64,000 bases of DNA from a virus. A program made the translations under genes and the position numbers. Shown one piece after another: positions 36,236-45,267 of this stretch. Location: positions 3,580 to 67,579 of the IMG/VR virus record IMGVR_UViG_3300044714_000052. The stretch is one strand, 5' to 3'. How positions within the stretch are numbered: position 1 is the stretch's first letter; every line of letters begins with the position of its first letter. The notes below the pieces were generated by a model. It was not told the DNA's origin. It saw nothing but the letters and a program-made list of their open reading frames with translations, and did no database searches.

Positions 36236-38412
36236 CAGGGCGGCGTCGTAGCGGGAGCAACGATCGGTGGCGCAGGATTAGCCTGTATCCAGCCATTCCG
36301 CAGCGCGATGCCCTCGGCTTGTGCGCGTAGCGCTGGATTCGCTCGCACGGCAGCGACGAGTTGCTGCGGATTCATCTTGCCGAGATCGGATGGTGCAGCA
36401 GCGTTGCCGGTGACTTCCTCGCCAGCCCCAAGCTGATCTTTCATCAGCTCTGCTGGTGTGCGCTTAAACGGCGTGACGAGCCGGTCAATCTGGTCCTTCG
36501 CGACAAGATCGGCCGGCGTCTTCCCGGCGGCGATGCCATCCTGCCAATATTTGAAGAATGCGGGGGTGAAGCCGATGTTGAAGGCGTCCTCGCCCTTGGG
36601 ATCGCGGATTTTGAACGTCCCGTAATCGGCCTCGAAACTGAGTTGGTGCTTGGCGTAGGCAAGCGCCCCGGCTTGCATCTTCGTGTCGCCGGCCTGCTCC
36701 GGCCGCCGCACTTGTGCCATCGTTTTCGTTAGTTCCTGCGCCCCCGCAAGCGTCAGATCGCCGCCCGGACCCGCATGCCGCATGATCTCGGACTGGTCGG
36801 TCAGGGGCGGCAACTGGCCGCCTGGCCCCGCCGTAACTCTCTGATAGAGCGACCAAAAGCCTGGGCCATAAGCAGCCAGCGCTTGCTCGTTTGGGTTCGC
36901 CGCCTTACCGCGAATTACCCCCATCATGCGTAGCTTAGCATCGGGCGTCAGCGCCGTATTGTTGGCAATCTGCTGTGCCGTGATGGTTGGCTTGTCGCTG
37001 GCCGCATCCTGAATGATCGAGTTCTCTGCGTCATCCGACGCTTGTTTCTGCGCCCGCTCATGCTCCTCATATTGGCGCGTCTGGTCGGTCCAGGACGCCG
37101 TGTAATTCATCCGTGTCAGCTCGGCCGCTTTAGTCTTGGCCTCCGGCGATAGGTCGGAATGCTCGATCCTGTCCAGCGCAGCACTCAGACCTGGCGCGCC
37201 ACCTCCTGGGCCGCCTCCCGTGCTGCCGTGTCCGGTGTATGTCGAGATGAAGCTGCCCACAGTTGGTGCTGGCCCATAGGCCGGGCTTTGTCCTTGCGCA
37301 GCATGCACGATTAAGCTGTCTATCGCCGACCGACCAGCAGCCGGCGTGGGGTAAGAGGCGAACGTACCCCCATCGGTAGCGCGAACGCCGCTGTCGGCCT
37401 GTTCCGGTGCACCGGTGAACTTGATATTCCCCGGATTGTTCGTCACTCCCCGCGGGGAGCCGCCTTCATTGTGAATGATGCCGTCAACCAATGGGCCGAT
37501 CTGACCGCTGGAAACCACCTCCGCAAGCGGTCGGCCGGGCGGCGCATTCGGCACCCTAACCGCCGGCGGCGGGGCGATTCCGTTCACATAAGATTGCGCC
37601 GCTTGATCGGCCGCCGGCACCTTTAGGCGATTCGCCAGTTCCTCATACTGCTCGGCAGATAGAACGCCACGATTGCGCTCAAGAGCCGCCTGCGCGCCGT
37701 TCGCATCAGTCGGTGCGCGCGCCATGATTTCCGTCACAGCAGCGTCACGCCGCCCGCGCAGCATGGCGTCGCTGATCAGATCGGCACCACCACCGAGGCG
37801 TTGCGCTTGCTTGACATAAGAGCCGACCAGATCGGATGTAGCGTGCTGCAATCCTATGTCGTCGCCACGGCTCACCGAATTGACGATATTCGACTTCGCC
37901 ACATCGGAACTGGCCTTCTCGACTTCGCCGTACCACTGCTGAGCCTGCTCATCAGCGTGCCGGCTGACCTCGGTTCCCATATAGTATTGAAATCGCCGAG
38001 TATATTGGTCGAACTGAAGCTGTTCCTCGGGCGTTCCCAAGCCGCCTCGGAGTTGCGTGCGAATTTGATCGATCTGCTGAAGCGCCGCGGCGCGCTGATC
38101 AAGCGCCGACCGCCCGCGTGTACCGAAATATCCGAGGTCTTGTTGCGGCGTTCCGTCCGGCCCCGTCACGGTCTTTGTCGGGTCGCCGTAAAGCGCCGTA
38201 TTCGCGGCGGTCATGAACTTGTTGGTCGCGTCATCGGCGGCAACCTCGCCGAAGAACTGCCCCGCCTTTGAAAGCCCTTCGCCTAGCCGTTCAGCCCCAG
38301 CCCCTATCTGCGCGCCGAACTCACGCGGATTGGTTTGAATAGTCTGGTAATCGCTCGGGGGTGCTTCCCGCGGCTGGACAGTCGGCGCTGGCGAGAAATC
38401 AATGTGGGCCAT
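36235..38412 (-). CDS. Internal virion protein with a lysozyme-like insert
   Basis: IIHNEGG...NNPGNIK...FASYPTPAAG. Confidence 0.7.
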   Translation of the reverse strand: MAHIDFSPAPTVQPREAPPSDYQTIQTNPREFGAQIGAGAERLGEGLSKAGQFFGEVAADDATNKFMTAANTALYGDPTKTVTGPDGTPQQDLGYFGTRGRSALDQRAAALQQIDQIRTQLRGGLGTPEEQLQFDQYTRRFQYYMGTEVSRHADEQAQQWYGEVEKASSDVAKSNIVNSVSRGDDIGLQHATSDLVGSYVKQAQRLGGGADLISDAMLRGRRDAAVTEIMARAPTDANGAQAALERNRGVLSAEQYEELANRLKVPAADQAAQSYVNGIAPPPAVRVPNAPPGRPLAEVVSSGQIGPLVDGIIHNEGGSPRGVTNNPGNIKFTGAPEQADSGVRATDGGTFASYPTPAAGRSAIDSLIVHAAQGQSPAYGPAPTVGSFISTYTGHGSTGGGPGGGAPGLSAALDRIEHSDLSPEAKTKAAELTRMNYTASWTDQTRQYEEHERAQKQASDDAENSIIQDAASDKPTITAQQIANNTALTPDAKLRMMGVIRGKAANPNEQALAAYGPGFWSLYQRVTAGPGGQLPPLTDQSEIMRHAGPGGDLTLAGAQELTKTMAQVRRPEQAGDTKMQAGALAYAKHQLSFEADYGTFKIRDPKGEDAFNIGFTPAFFKYWQDGIAAGKTPADLVAKDQIDRLVTPFKRTPAELMKDQLGAGEEVTGNAAAPSDLGKMNPQQLVAAVRANPALRAQAEGIALRNGWIQANPAPPIVAPATTPP

Positions 38413-38973
38413 CTAGTATAGCCCTCCAGTCCCTGCCCCCGGAGATGGCAACGCAGCCGAGGTGCCAAGCCCCGCCCATTTGAAAGAAAGATTGGATGCG
38501 CCTGAAGCAAGCGTCCCGAGTCCCGTCAGCGCCCCGCCCAGCACATCGCGCGGCGCTTCAGCCGCCTCAAGTTGACTCTCGGCAGTGAAGCTGGTGGCCT
38601 GTGTCCGATATCCATAGGCGGTAAGCCCGGCGTTCGCGAGCGTCTGCTGCACATTCTCGGTCCCGATTTCGGCTTGGCTCTCCCGCACCGCCTTCGCCGA
38701 CCCCGTGTTCACGTCGATGTTATTCGCCGCGATGCCGCTGGTGATCTGGCCGCCCTGTGCACGCTGCTGAAGCCCGACATTGGTTGCCTGTGTCTGCCCG
38801 GCGGCGAGTGCATAGTTGGCGTTCTGCTGGGCTATTTTTGCATTGTTGGCGGCTACCTGAGATTGATAATTGGCCTCCGCCGCAGCCGATTCGCCCTGGC
38901 CGATCGCGCCCACAGCCGAAGTGACCGAGCCGACCGCACCAAGGATGGGGGCTGCGGCTAATGCGAAGCCCAT
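38413..38973 (-). CDS. Small internal virion/ejection protein
   Basis: Ala/Gly-rich, A.NIDVNTGSA motif; T7 gp14-like position. Confidence 0.75.
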   Translation of the reverse strand: MGFALAAAPILGAVGSVTSAVGAIGQGESAAAEANYQSQVAANNAKIAQQNANYALAAGQTQATNVGLQQRAQGGQITSGIAANNIDVNTGSAKAVRESQAEIGTENVQQTLANAGLTAYGYRTQATSFTAESQLEAAEAPRDVLGGALTGLGTLASGASNLSFKWAGLGTSAALPSPGAGTGGLY

Positions 38974-39419
38974 CAGGCTGCTCGCGAAATCTGGATTTCG
39001 ACAAATCCCTCGCGCACCGTTCCCTCGATCGCGCGGAAGCCAAGGAGATCATAGAACCGTAGCGCGCGCGTGCAGGACTTGTGGACCGATGATCGGATGG
39101 TTTGCCTGGCCTCAAGAATGCGGCCGATCTCCTGCCGAGCGATTCGCACAAGCGTCATCGGCATGCGGTCAAGCGCATCGCTCGTAAAAAACCAGATGAG
39201 TCCCTCGGGCGCCAGCGGGGGAGCCACATCGCCCCACACGGCGACAACCTCACCGCTCGTGATCGCCGCGCGCGGGCCGACAGTCTCTCGCCATAAGCCA
39301 AACAGCACATGCCGCGCCTTGCCGTCGATCGCCGCTAGTTCAATCTGCTCCTCGCGGCGCAAGCGCGGCACGATCGCCCGGATATGGGCCAGCTTGCACG
39401 GCACAATCTCGATGCTCAT
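38973..39419 (-). CDS. T7 gp13-like / GNAT-fold tail assembly protein
   Basis: LR..EQ.E, V....RALRF..LLGF; conserved position. Confidence 0.7.
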   Translation of the reverse strand: MSIEIVPCKLAHIRAIVPRLRREEQIELAAIDGKARHVLFGLWRETVGPRAAITSGEVVAVWGDVAPPLAPEGLIWFFTSDALDRMPMTLVRIARQEIGRILEARQTIRSSVHKSCTRALRFYDLLGFRAIEGTVREGFVEIQISRAA

Positions 39420-42400
39420 GCAGCGCGACCTTGCTGCTGCTGGCGCGGCGGCAACGCATCCTCGGGCTGATCGCCAGTCTGAAGATCGGGGATGAAGCTC
39501 AGGACATTCAGAGGTACGGGCAATGTCTGCTGCACCGCGACCTGACCGGGCTTGCGCGGCTTCGCAGGCACTTTGACGTACACGTCGCCCGTAAAGACTG
39601 GCTGTACGGTAGCGCCGCCGGGTGATGTGTACGTCGCGGGCGGCGTCGGATCGACAAAAGCGAGTTGCGGTGTCACCATGCCATTTGTCCAAGGGACGGC
39701 GATGACGGGCGGGATCGTCGAGGCATCAGTCTGGTTCGTCCCGACTTGCGGCAAGAGCGAGCCCTGTACCCGCACGGTGACGTTGTATATCAGCTTTCGC
39801 CGCCCTTGGATTGTCGGTTGGCCGCCATTTAGATAGACGCTCTGAATCTGCGGCGTAAAGGCGAGCCCGATCACCACGTTGCTCGCGGCGAAGGGCAGCG
39901 TCACTTGGCCCAGCGCATTGACGACAAATGGCCCGACCGGGACGCCATCAGCCGTGCCGACGACCTGACGGCCGATCAGGTGGCCGAGGCCGCCGAATAC
40001 TGTGTTGTTGGCTTCGATGTTCCACGATCCTGACGGCTGCGGCAAGGGTGCATTGTTCGGGTCGGTAGGATAGGTTTCCTGGCATGGCAAGTTCCAAGTC
40101 CCGGCGAGCTGTGTCGGCCCAAGGTATGCGGTGATAATCGCAATGCCGCCACCCATTCGGAGGGTTTGCCCAACATATCCGGCGCCGATAGCGGAAAAGA
40201 CGCTTGCCGTCGCGGTGAAAGTCACATTGCCGACAGCGCTGCTGGCATAAAGGGTTGCATTGTAATCGCTGGGGAATTCAAGCGGCCCAGCTGACACCGC
40301 CGCATCCACGCACCACGAATCTTCGATTGTCTGCCACAATCTGTTGTTCATCCGCTCTATAAAGAATCTGGTGCCACCTGCTGAAACTGGGCGCTCTGTG
40401 GCAAAATAAACGGCGTTGACCGGCGGCACTTCGACGGAGCTAATCGGGGATTCGATTACCGATGTAACGGAGCGGAACTGGCCTTGCGTGTCGTGACGCG
40501 CCCAACCAGCTAGTTCCTGCTCTTTCACATAGCTAAGGCTGAGCAGTACCCCGTCATTTCGGACTGCCCACACGAGCCGATAGGGTTGGCGAGCATAGCT
40601 CCACTGAAGAATTTGGTAGTTCTGTAGAAGGTGCGTCGAGGGCCAAGAGATGTCCGTGCCGGCGTAGATGTTGAAGAAAATCTGATATGCGAGATCGAGG
40701 ACCGTGTTGTTGGCTATCTCGGCATACAACACGTCCCAATTGATGCGCAGCGGCGGGACTGTCGGCGAGCAGCCGATCGACGATTGCGGGAAGGCGATGA
40801 TATTTGTCGGCGTGACGGCTGCCGGAGAGGAAGCAAAGCTGCCGGGTGCGCCGATCTGCCATACACCGGCCCCGGTAAACGACAGCAACCCAAGCGGCAT
40901 CGAAAGCATCCATTGGATGCCGTCCACGGTTTCGGCCGTCACGGTGCCGGTAATCGCGTCCGAATCGATGACCGGAATTGAGGCATCGAAATCAGTGAAC
41001 AAGCCCGGCTGGCTCATGAAGAACGTGTCGGGCGCGTTCAGGGTCTGGGAATAGACGCGGCGCTCTTGGAAGTAGGAGACGACGCCGGGGTAGGTTCCCG
41101 TGAGCTGGCCGACGTTGACCGTCCCGGATGCTGATGTGCCGGTTCCCGCGAAGACCGGCGTGTCCGTGCTCCGATAATTTATCCCCGGATTAACGACGAT
41201 GACCGCAACAACCGAGCCGGTCGGCGTCGGCGATATCACGACTTGGCCGACAAATCCGCTTCCGGTGCTCGTCGTAATGCTGACGGCGGCGGCCGTCCAA
41301 TCCGCAGATGAGGCCGAGATGGGAATGCCGAGTACTTGTCCAGGGGCGAAGGGGTCGAAGTGCTGCGGGGGCACTTGATCGAAATCTTGAGTAATGTTCG
41401 AATCAACGAACTGTGTCCCATAGGCCGCGCCGACAAGGTAGAAGTTGGCTCCCACAGGAACCGGAAGGGCTACGGTGGTGCTGCCGGGATCGGTGTTGTA
41501 GGAAGTCGGTGCGCGATAGATGTTGTAGTAATACCCGTTGCCGGCGACCGCATTCCAATTGACGATGTTCGAGCCAGCGGTCTCCGCCATATCGACGCCG
41601 TTCGTCACATTGACGGGACCGGCAGACTGGCTTTCTTCTCCGGTCGCGGCATTAACGGATGTGACCTCATAGGCATAGGCGGCCGGCAACGTCGGCGGTG
41701 ATGTGCTGGAATTTGGCTGTGTCGTGGCCGTGACGGAGATTCCAGTCACCTCCGGGGATGTCGTCCCGAAGGCTGTCGCCGTCAGCGTCCAGTCAAGCGG
41801 ACCGAGCCGCGCTAGGTCGTAAGGTGCGTATGACCCGCCGTTCGGGTTGACGCAACAGAGCGACATCACGTCGGCAGATTGCGTGTACTTCAGGTAGGCC
41901 AGATCGGACGCCGCATATGGGCTCGCAACGGTGTAAATGCGCGAGACAGTGCCGCCGCCGGTAAATGCTGGGAAAAGCGCGGTGTTGACCGGCAGGTTGT
42001 TGATTGAGTCGGCGATCGAGAATGTCGTCGTGGTCAGAACGGTGATGATGTATGCGTTGTCGTCGAGATTGACCATTCCGCCGATATTCTGCGGGATCAC
42101 CCAATCCCCGGTGTTGTAGCCATGCGCCGTGGGCGCCGTGCTGATAACGCCAGGGGTCGCTTGAGATATGGCGGTAACAGCAATCCCGTTCTCGACAACG
42201 ACGGAGCCTTCAAAATAGAAGCGGACGTAGTTGTCGCCGAACTCCAGGACGTAGCCCTGCTGGACGTTGAATTGCCAGTTGATCAGCCGCGGCGGTGAGT
42301 TTCCGAGGTCCGGCCTCTGTTTGGATGCCAGAATGAATGACGTGCCAGCGCGGGATTTGGCACCTCCCCGGTAATCGACGAAGCAATTTCTCATCGTCGT

Positions 42401-42496
42401 CGCGGAGGTCTCGACGCGCGCTAAGTCCGCGTGCCCCCACAATTCTGGTGCGATCTCGCCACCGGCAAAAGAGGTTTTCTGAAACGGAACGGCCAC
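39416..42496 (-). CDS. Tail tubular protein B (nozzle)
   Basis: SFAGGEIAPEL.GH.DL, YTQSADV, YP..V.YFQER, GWARHDT. Confidence 0.9.
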   Translation of the reverse strand: MAVPFQKTSFAGGEIAPELWGHADLARVETSATTMRNCFVDYRGGAKSRAGTSFILASKQRPDLGNSPPRLINWQFNVQQGYVLEFGDNYVRFYFEGSVVVENGIAVTAISQATPGVISTAPTAHGYNTGDWVIPQNIGGMVNLDDNAYIITVLTTTTFSIADSINNLPVNTALFPAFTGGGTVSRIYTVASPYAASDLAYLKYTQSADVMSLCCVNPNGGSYAPYDLARLGPLDWTLTATAFGTTSPEVTGISVTATTQPNSSTSPPTLPAAYAYEVTSVNAATGEESQSAGPVNVTNGVDMAETAGSNIVNWNAVAGNGYYYNIYRAPTSYNTDPGSTTVALPVPVGANFYLVGAAYGTQFVDSNITQDFDQVPPQHFDPFAPGQVLGIPISASSADWTAAAVSITTSTGSGFVGQVVISPTPTGSVVAVIVVNPGINYRSTDTPVFAGTGTSASGTVNVGQLTGTYPGVVSYFQERRVYSQTLNAPDTFFMSQPGLFTDFDASIPVIDSDAITGTVTAETVDGIQWMLSMPLGLLSFTGAGVWQIGAPGSFASSPAAVTPTNIIAFPQSSIGCSPTVPPLRINWDVLYAEIANNTVLDLAYQIFFNIYAGTDISWPSTHLLQNYQILQWSYARQPYRLVWAVRNDGVLLSLSYVKEQELAGWARHDTQGQFRSVTSVIESPISSVEVPPVNAVYFATERPVSAGGTRFFIERMNNRLWQTIEDSWCVDAAVSAGPLEFPSDYNATLYASSAVGNVTFTATASVFSAIGAGYVGQTLRMGGGIAIITAYLGPTQLAGTWNLPCQETYPTDPNNAPLPQPSGSWNIEANNTVFGGLGHLIGRQVVGTADGVPVGPFVVNALGQVTLPFAASNVVIGLAFTPQIQSVYLNGGQPTIQGRRKLIYNVTVRVQGSLLPQVGTNQTDASTIPPVIAVPWTNGMVTPQLAFVDPTPPATYTSPGGATVQPVFTGDVYVKVPAKPRKPGQVAVQQTLPVPLNVLSFIPDLQTGDQPEDALPPRQQQQGRAA

Positions 42497-43435
42497 TTAG
42501 TAGACACTTCCATCCGCGAAGCTGAAGCTTTCCCAGCCGTAGCCGTAGACACCCGGCCCTCCGCCGCCACCGAAGCCGTCAAAGCCGCCCGCGCCCCATC
42601 GGCCAAAGCCGCCGAGCCGGCGCACGCGCAGCCAGTCAGGCTGATGGTCGGTCGATTGCCGGAAGCCGGCCTCATTATCCGACGACACCCGCGCCTGCCG
42701 AATCGCATCCTTGGCGATGGCGATGTGCGCATTGCGCTCGGCGATGGCGAGCTTGGGGTCGCGCAGCACCTTCATGGCAAGCTGCGACGCCAGTACCGAG
42801 ACCATCGCTTGGTCGAACAGCGAGTCCCAAACCTCGATCTCGGCCGCCAAGTACGTGTAGACGAACTGTGCCTGCGGGACGTTTGTCAGTATGATTCGGC
42901 GGCTGACCGGCCCAACGCCCTGGGTCGCGTCGAAGTCTGGCGCATAGGGACCAATCTGCGACGGGTACTGATCTGTGTTGCTCAGCAGGAAGCGGGCTGG
43001 CCGCTCATAGGGGTAGAGCGGGATCGACGGCACGTTCAGGTTCGGTGTGATCGGAACCGCCGGGTTCGGCGGCTGAATGTTGCCCGGTATCGGTGGGCCG
43101 CCAGCAATCGCCAGGGCCGAGGGCGGTAGCCCGCTCCACGGGAGCCAACGGGCACAAACCGCATCATTCGGCCATGCGTAGCAATATATCCAAGGAGCCT
43201 CCACGATTGTCCCGACGTTCGGGGTTTGCCCGGTGGAATCGCCCAGCAGGGTCAGCGGCCCCCGCTTGCGGGCAAAGGACCAGAATGACGCTCTCAATAA
43301 TTGCATTAGTGCTGTCGTATAGATGCGGCGCGCAGCCTCGCTCTCGGTCGTACCATCGAAGATGCTGCCGATCGTGACTGGCGAACCAATTGCATCCAGG
43401 GAGCGGTTGACGATGTGCGCGGGCTCGGTCGTCAT
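42497..43435 (-). CDS. Tail tubular A / adaptor paralogue 4
   Basis: IVNRSLDAIG, WSFARK, W.YCYAWPNDAV. Confidence 0.8.
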   Translation of the reverse strand: MTTEPAHIVNRSLDAIGSPVTIGSIFDGTTESEAARRIYTTALMQLLRASFWSFARKRGPLTLLGDSTGQTPNVGTIVEAPWIYCYAWPNDAVCARWLPWSGLPPSALAIAGGPPIPGNIQPPNPAVPITPNLNVPSIPLYPYERPARFLLSNTDQYPSQIGPYAPDFDATQGVGPVSRRIILTNVPQAQFVYTYLAAEIEVWDSLFDQAMVSVLASQLAMKVLRDPKLAIAERNAHIAIAKDAIRQARVSSDNEAGFRQSTDHQPDWLRVRRLGGFGRWGAGGFDGFGGGGGPGVYGYGWESFSFADGSVY

Positions 43436-44061
43436 CCCCGCCGCCTCTCCGCGGCTGCGCCGACGGCAACCGCCGTCTGCTGCTCAGCCTGCTTGAGTTG
43501 CAGATTGCCGGCGAGATGCGGCACCAGTGCCTCGGCAAGCGCATCCACGAACGTCTCGACGAAGTCTGCCGTCCAGAGAGCGGGATTCGTGACGCGCGCC
43601 CGATAGACGCACAGAGCCGACGGCATATTGGCGAGGATCACCTTGTAAGGCTGGACCGCCGCTCCGGTTGCGCTGAAGCTGTCGTCATCCACCCGCCAGT
43701 TCGCCGCACGCGGCACAAGGATCGGATAGAGCGTCGGCGGCGGGACGATCGCCGCGAATTGCAGGCAATCGGACGGATAGGCGTATTCAAAGCCCCATCC
43801 CGGTGGCGGATAGGCTGGCGTCCAAGGTTGCCAGGGTCCGTAGCCGCCGATCGGCGGTGGGCCTTTGAGAAGCGTCAGGGCGACATTAGCCCGGCGCGCG
43901 AAGTCCCAATCGGCCTCGCGGATCAGATAATCGCGGGTTTGGCCGAAAACATCGAGAGCAGCCCTCGCAGCTAGAGTGCCTTCATAGATGTTGCCGATCC
44001 GCCGCGTGTAGCCGATCCTGACTAGAGCCTGATTGCAGAGCTGTTCAACGCTGGGTGCCAC
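43432..44061 (-). CDS. Tail tubular A / adaptor paralogue 3
   Basis: LCNQALVRIG, WDFARR, W.FEYAYPSDCL. Confidence 0.8.
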   Translation of the reverse strand: MAPSVEQLCNQALVRIGYTRRIGNIYEGTLAARAALDVFGQTRDYLIREADWDFARRANVALTLLKGPPPIGGYGPWQPWTPAYPPPGWGFEYAYPSDCLQFAAIVPPPTLYPILVPRAANWRVDDDSFSATGAAVQPYKVILANMPSALCVYRARVTNPALWTADFVETFVDALAEALVPHLAGNLQLKQAEQQTAVAVGAAAERRRG

Positions 44062-44665
44062 CGCCAGCTCCGATCATCTCCATGCGCGGGGGTGCTGCCG
44101 TATCATCTACGACCGCAGCCGTATCGCGAGAGGCTTCCGAAATCCCGGCCTCTTGCTGCAATAGATTCGTCGCTGCCTGCGAGAGAGTTAGATGCGCCGC
44201 TAGCGAGGCGACGAAGGCGCGCGTGAAGCCCGGCTCCCAGGTATTCGGGTTCGTCACCTGTCCTACGTAGACAAGCGTTGCGGGCGAGATGCTGGCTAGG
44301 ATCGCGCGGATCGGCGGCGACGGCCGCTGATCATTCCAAGGCTCAAACAGCACTGGCTGCGGATCATAGGGATCAAGCGCGGCAAAGCTCCCCGGCTGCA
44401 CATAGCGAATGCGCAGGCAGTCGCTCGGATAATTGAATTCGTAGGGCCAAGGAGCTGGTGCCAATTGCCCAGCCACAGCCGTCAAGCCGGCCTCGCGCAT
44501 CGCGAAAGGCCACTCCTCGCGTTGCAGCAATTCATCGCGGACCTGCGAGAAAAGCTCAAGACATGCTTTGGCAACCTCAGAGCCCTCATAGGCAGAGCCG
44601 ATGCGTTTTTTGACGCCGAGCTGGCGAAGCGCCTCATTACAAAGCCCCTCCCACGTTGCCATCAC
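44045..44665 (-). CDS. Tail tubular A / adaptor paralogue 2
   Basis: LCNEALRQLG, WPFAMR, W.YEFNYPSDCL. Confidence 0.8.
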   Translation of the reverse strand: MMATWEGLCNEALRQLGVKKRIGSAYEGSEVAKACLELFSQVRDELLQREEWPFAMREAGLTAVAGQLAPAPWPYEFNYPSDCLRIRYVQPGSFAALDPYDPQPVLFEPWNDQRPSPPIRAILASISPATLVYVGQVTNPNTWEPGFTRAFVASLAAHLTLSQAATNLLQQEAGISEASRDTAAVVDDTAAPPRMEMIGAGGGTQR

Positions 44666-45267
44666 GCACCCGTCGCACTTTCGTCCGAAAGCTCGGCCAT
44701 CTGCTCATATTGAAGTGCCTGGCTCAGAAGCTCGCGGGCATAGTCGGGGCGTCCCTCAAGAGCCATAGAGAGCGGGTTGGCGAGTTGGCGCACGACCGCC
44801 ATCGTAAACATCGGGTCCCAATCGTTCTCGGTGAGCTTCGACGATGTGTAGACAGCGAGCGCATTCACTTGGTTGCTGAAGATGACCTTTGTCGGTGTGC
44901 TGGCGATCTCGTCGAGCGCGACATTGCCAAGGATCAACTGAGGATCGTAGATGTCATAAGAGCCAGCCGGAGGGGCGAGGCATCGCAGCCGCAGGCAGTC
45001 GCTCGGGTATGCGTACTCGAATGCCCAGCCGGGCGGCAGGTTGCCGTTCGTGATCGGCGTCAGGGCCGCCGTCAAACGAGCAAAGTCGGGGTCAAGCTGC
45101 CGCGCCACCATCTGCCATGTCGGCTGATAAAGCACGGGGGCCGCGAGTGCCGATGTCCCGTCACCCGCCCAAGTGCCGCCACCGCCGGCTGGCCCCGTGT
45201 AGGTGACAAAGGCTTGGTTGCCGCTGAATTCCAGGGCTTGGTTGAATATGTCGGCAGGCGAGGTCAT
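44662..45267 (-). CDS. Tail tubular A / adaptor paralogue 1
   Basis: IFNQALEFSG, DFAR, W.FEYAYPSDCL. Confidence 0.8.
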   Translation of the reverse strand: MTSPADIFNQALEFSGNQAFVTYTGPAGGGGTWAGDGTSALAAPVLYQPTWQMVARQLDPDFARLTAALTPITNGNLPPGWAFEYAYPSDCLRLRCLAPPAGSYDIYDPQLILGNVALDEIASTPTKVIFSNQVNALAVYTSSKLTENDWDPMFTMAVVRQLANPLSMALEGRPDYARELLSQALQYEQMAELSDESATGA

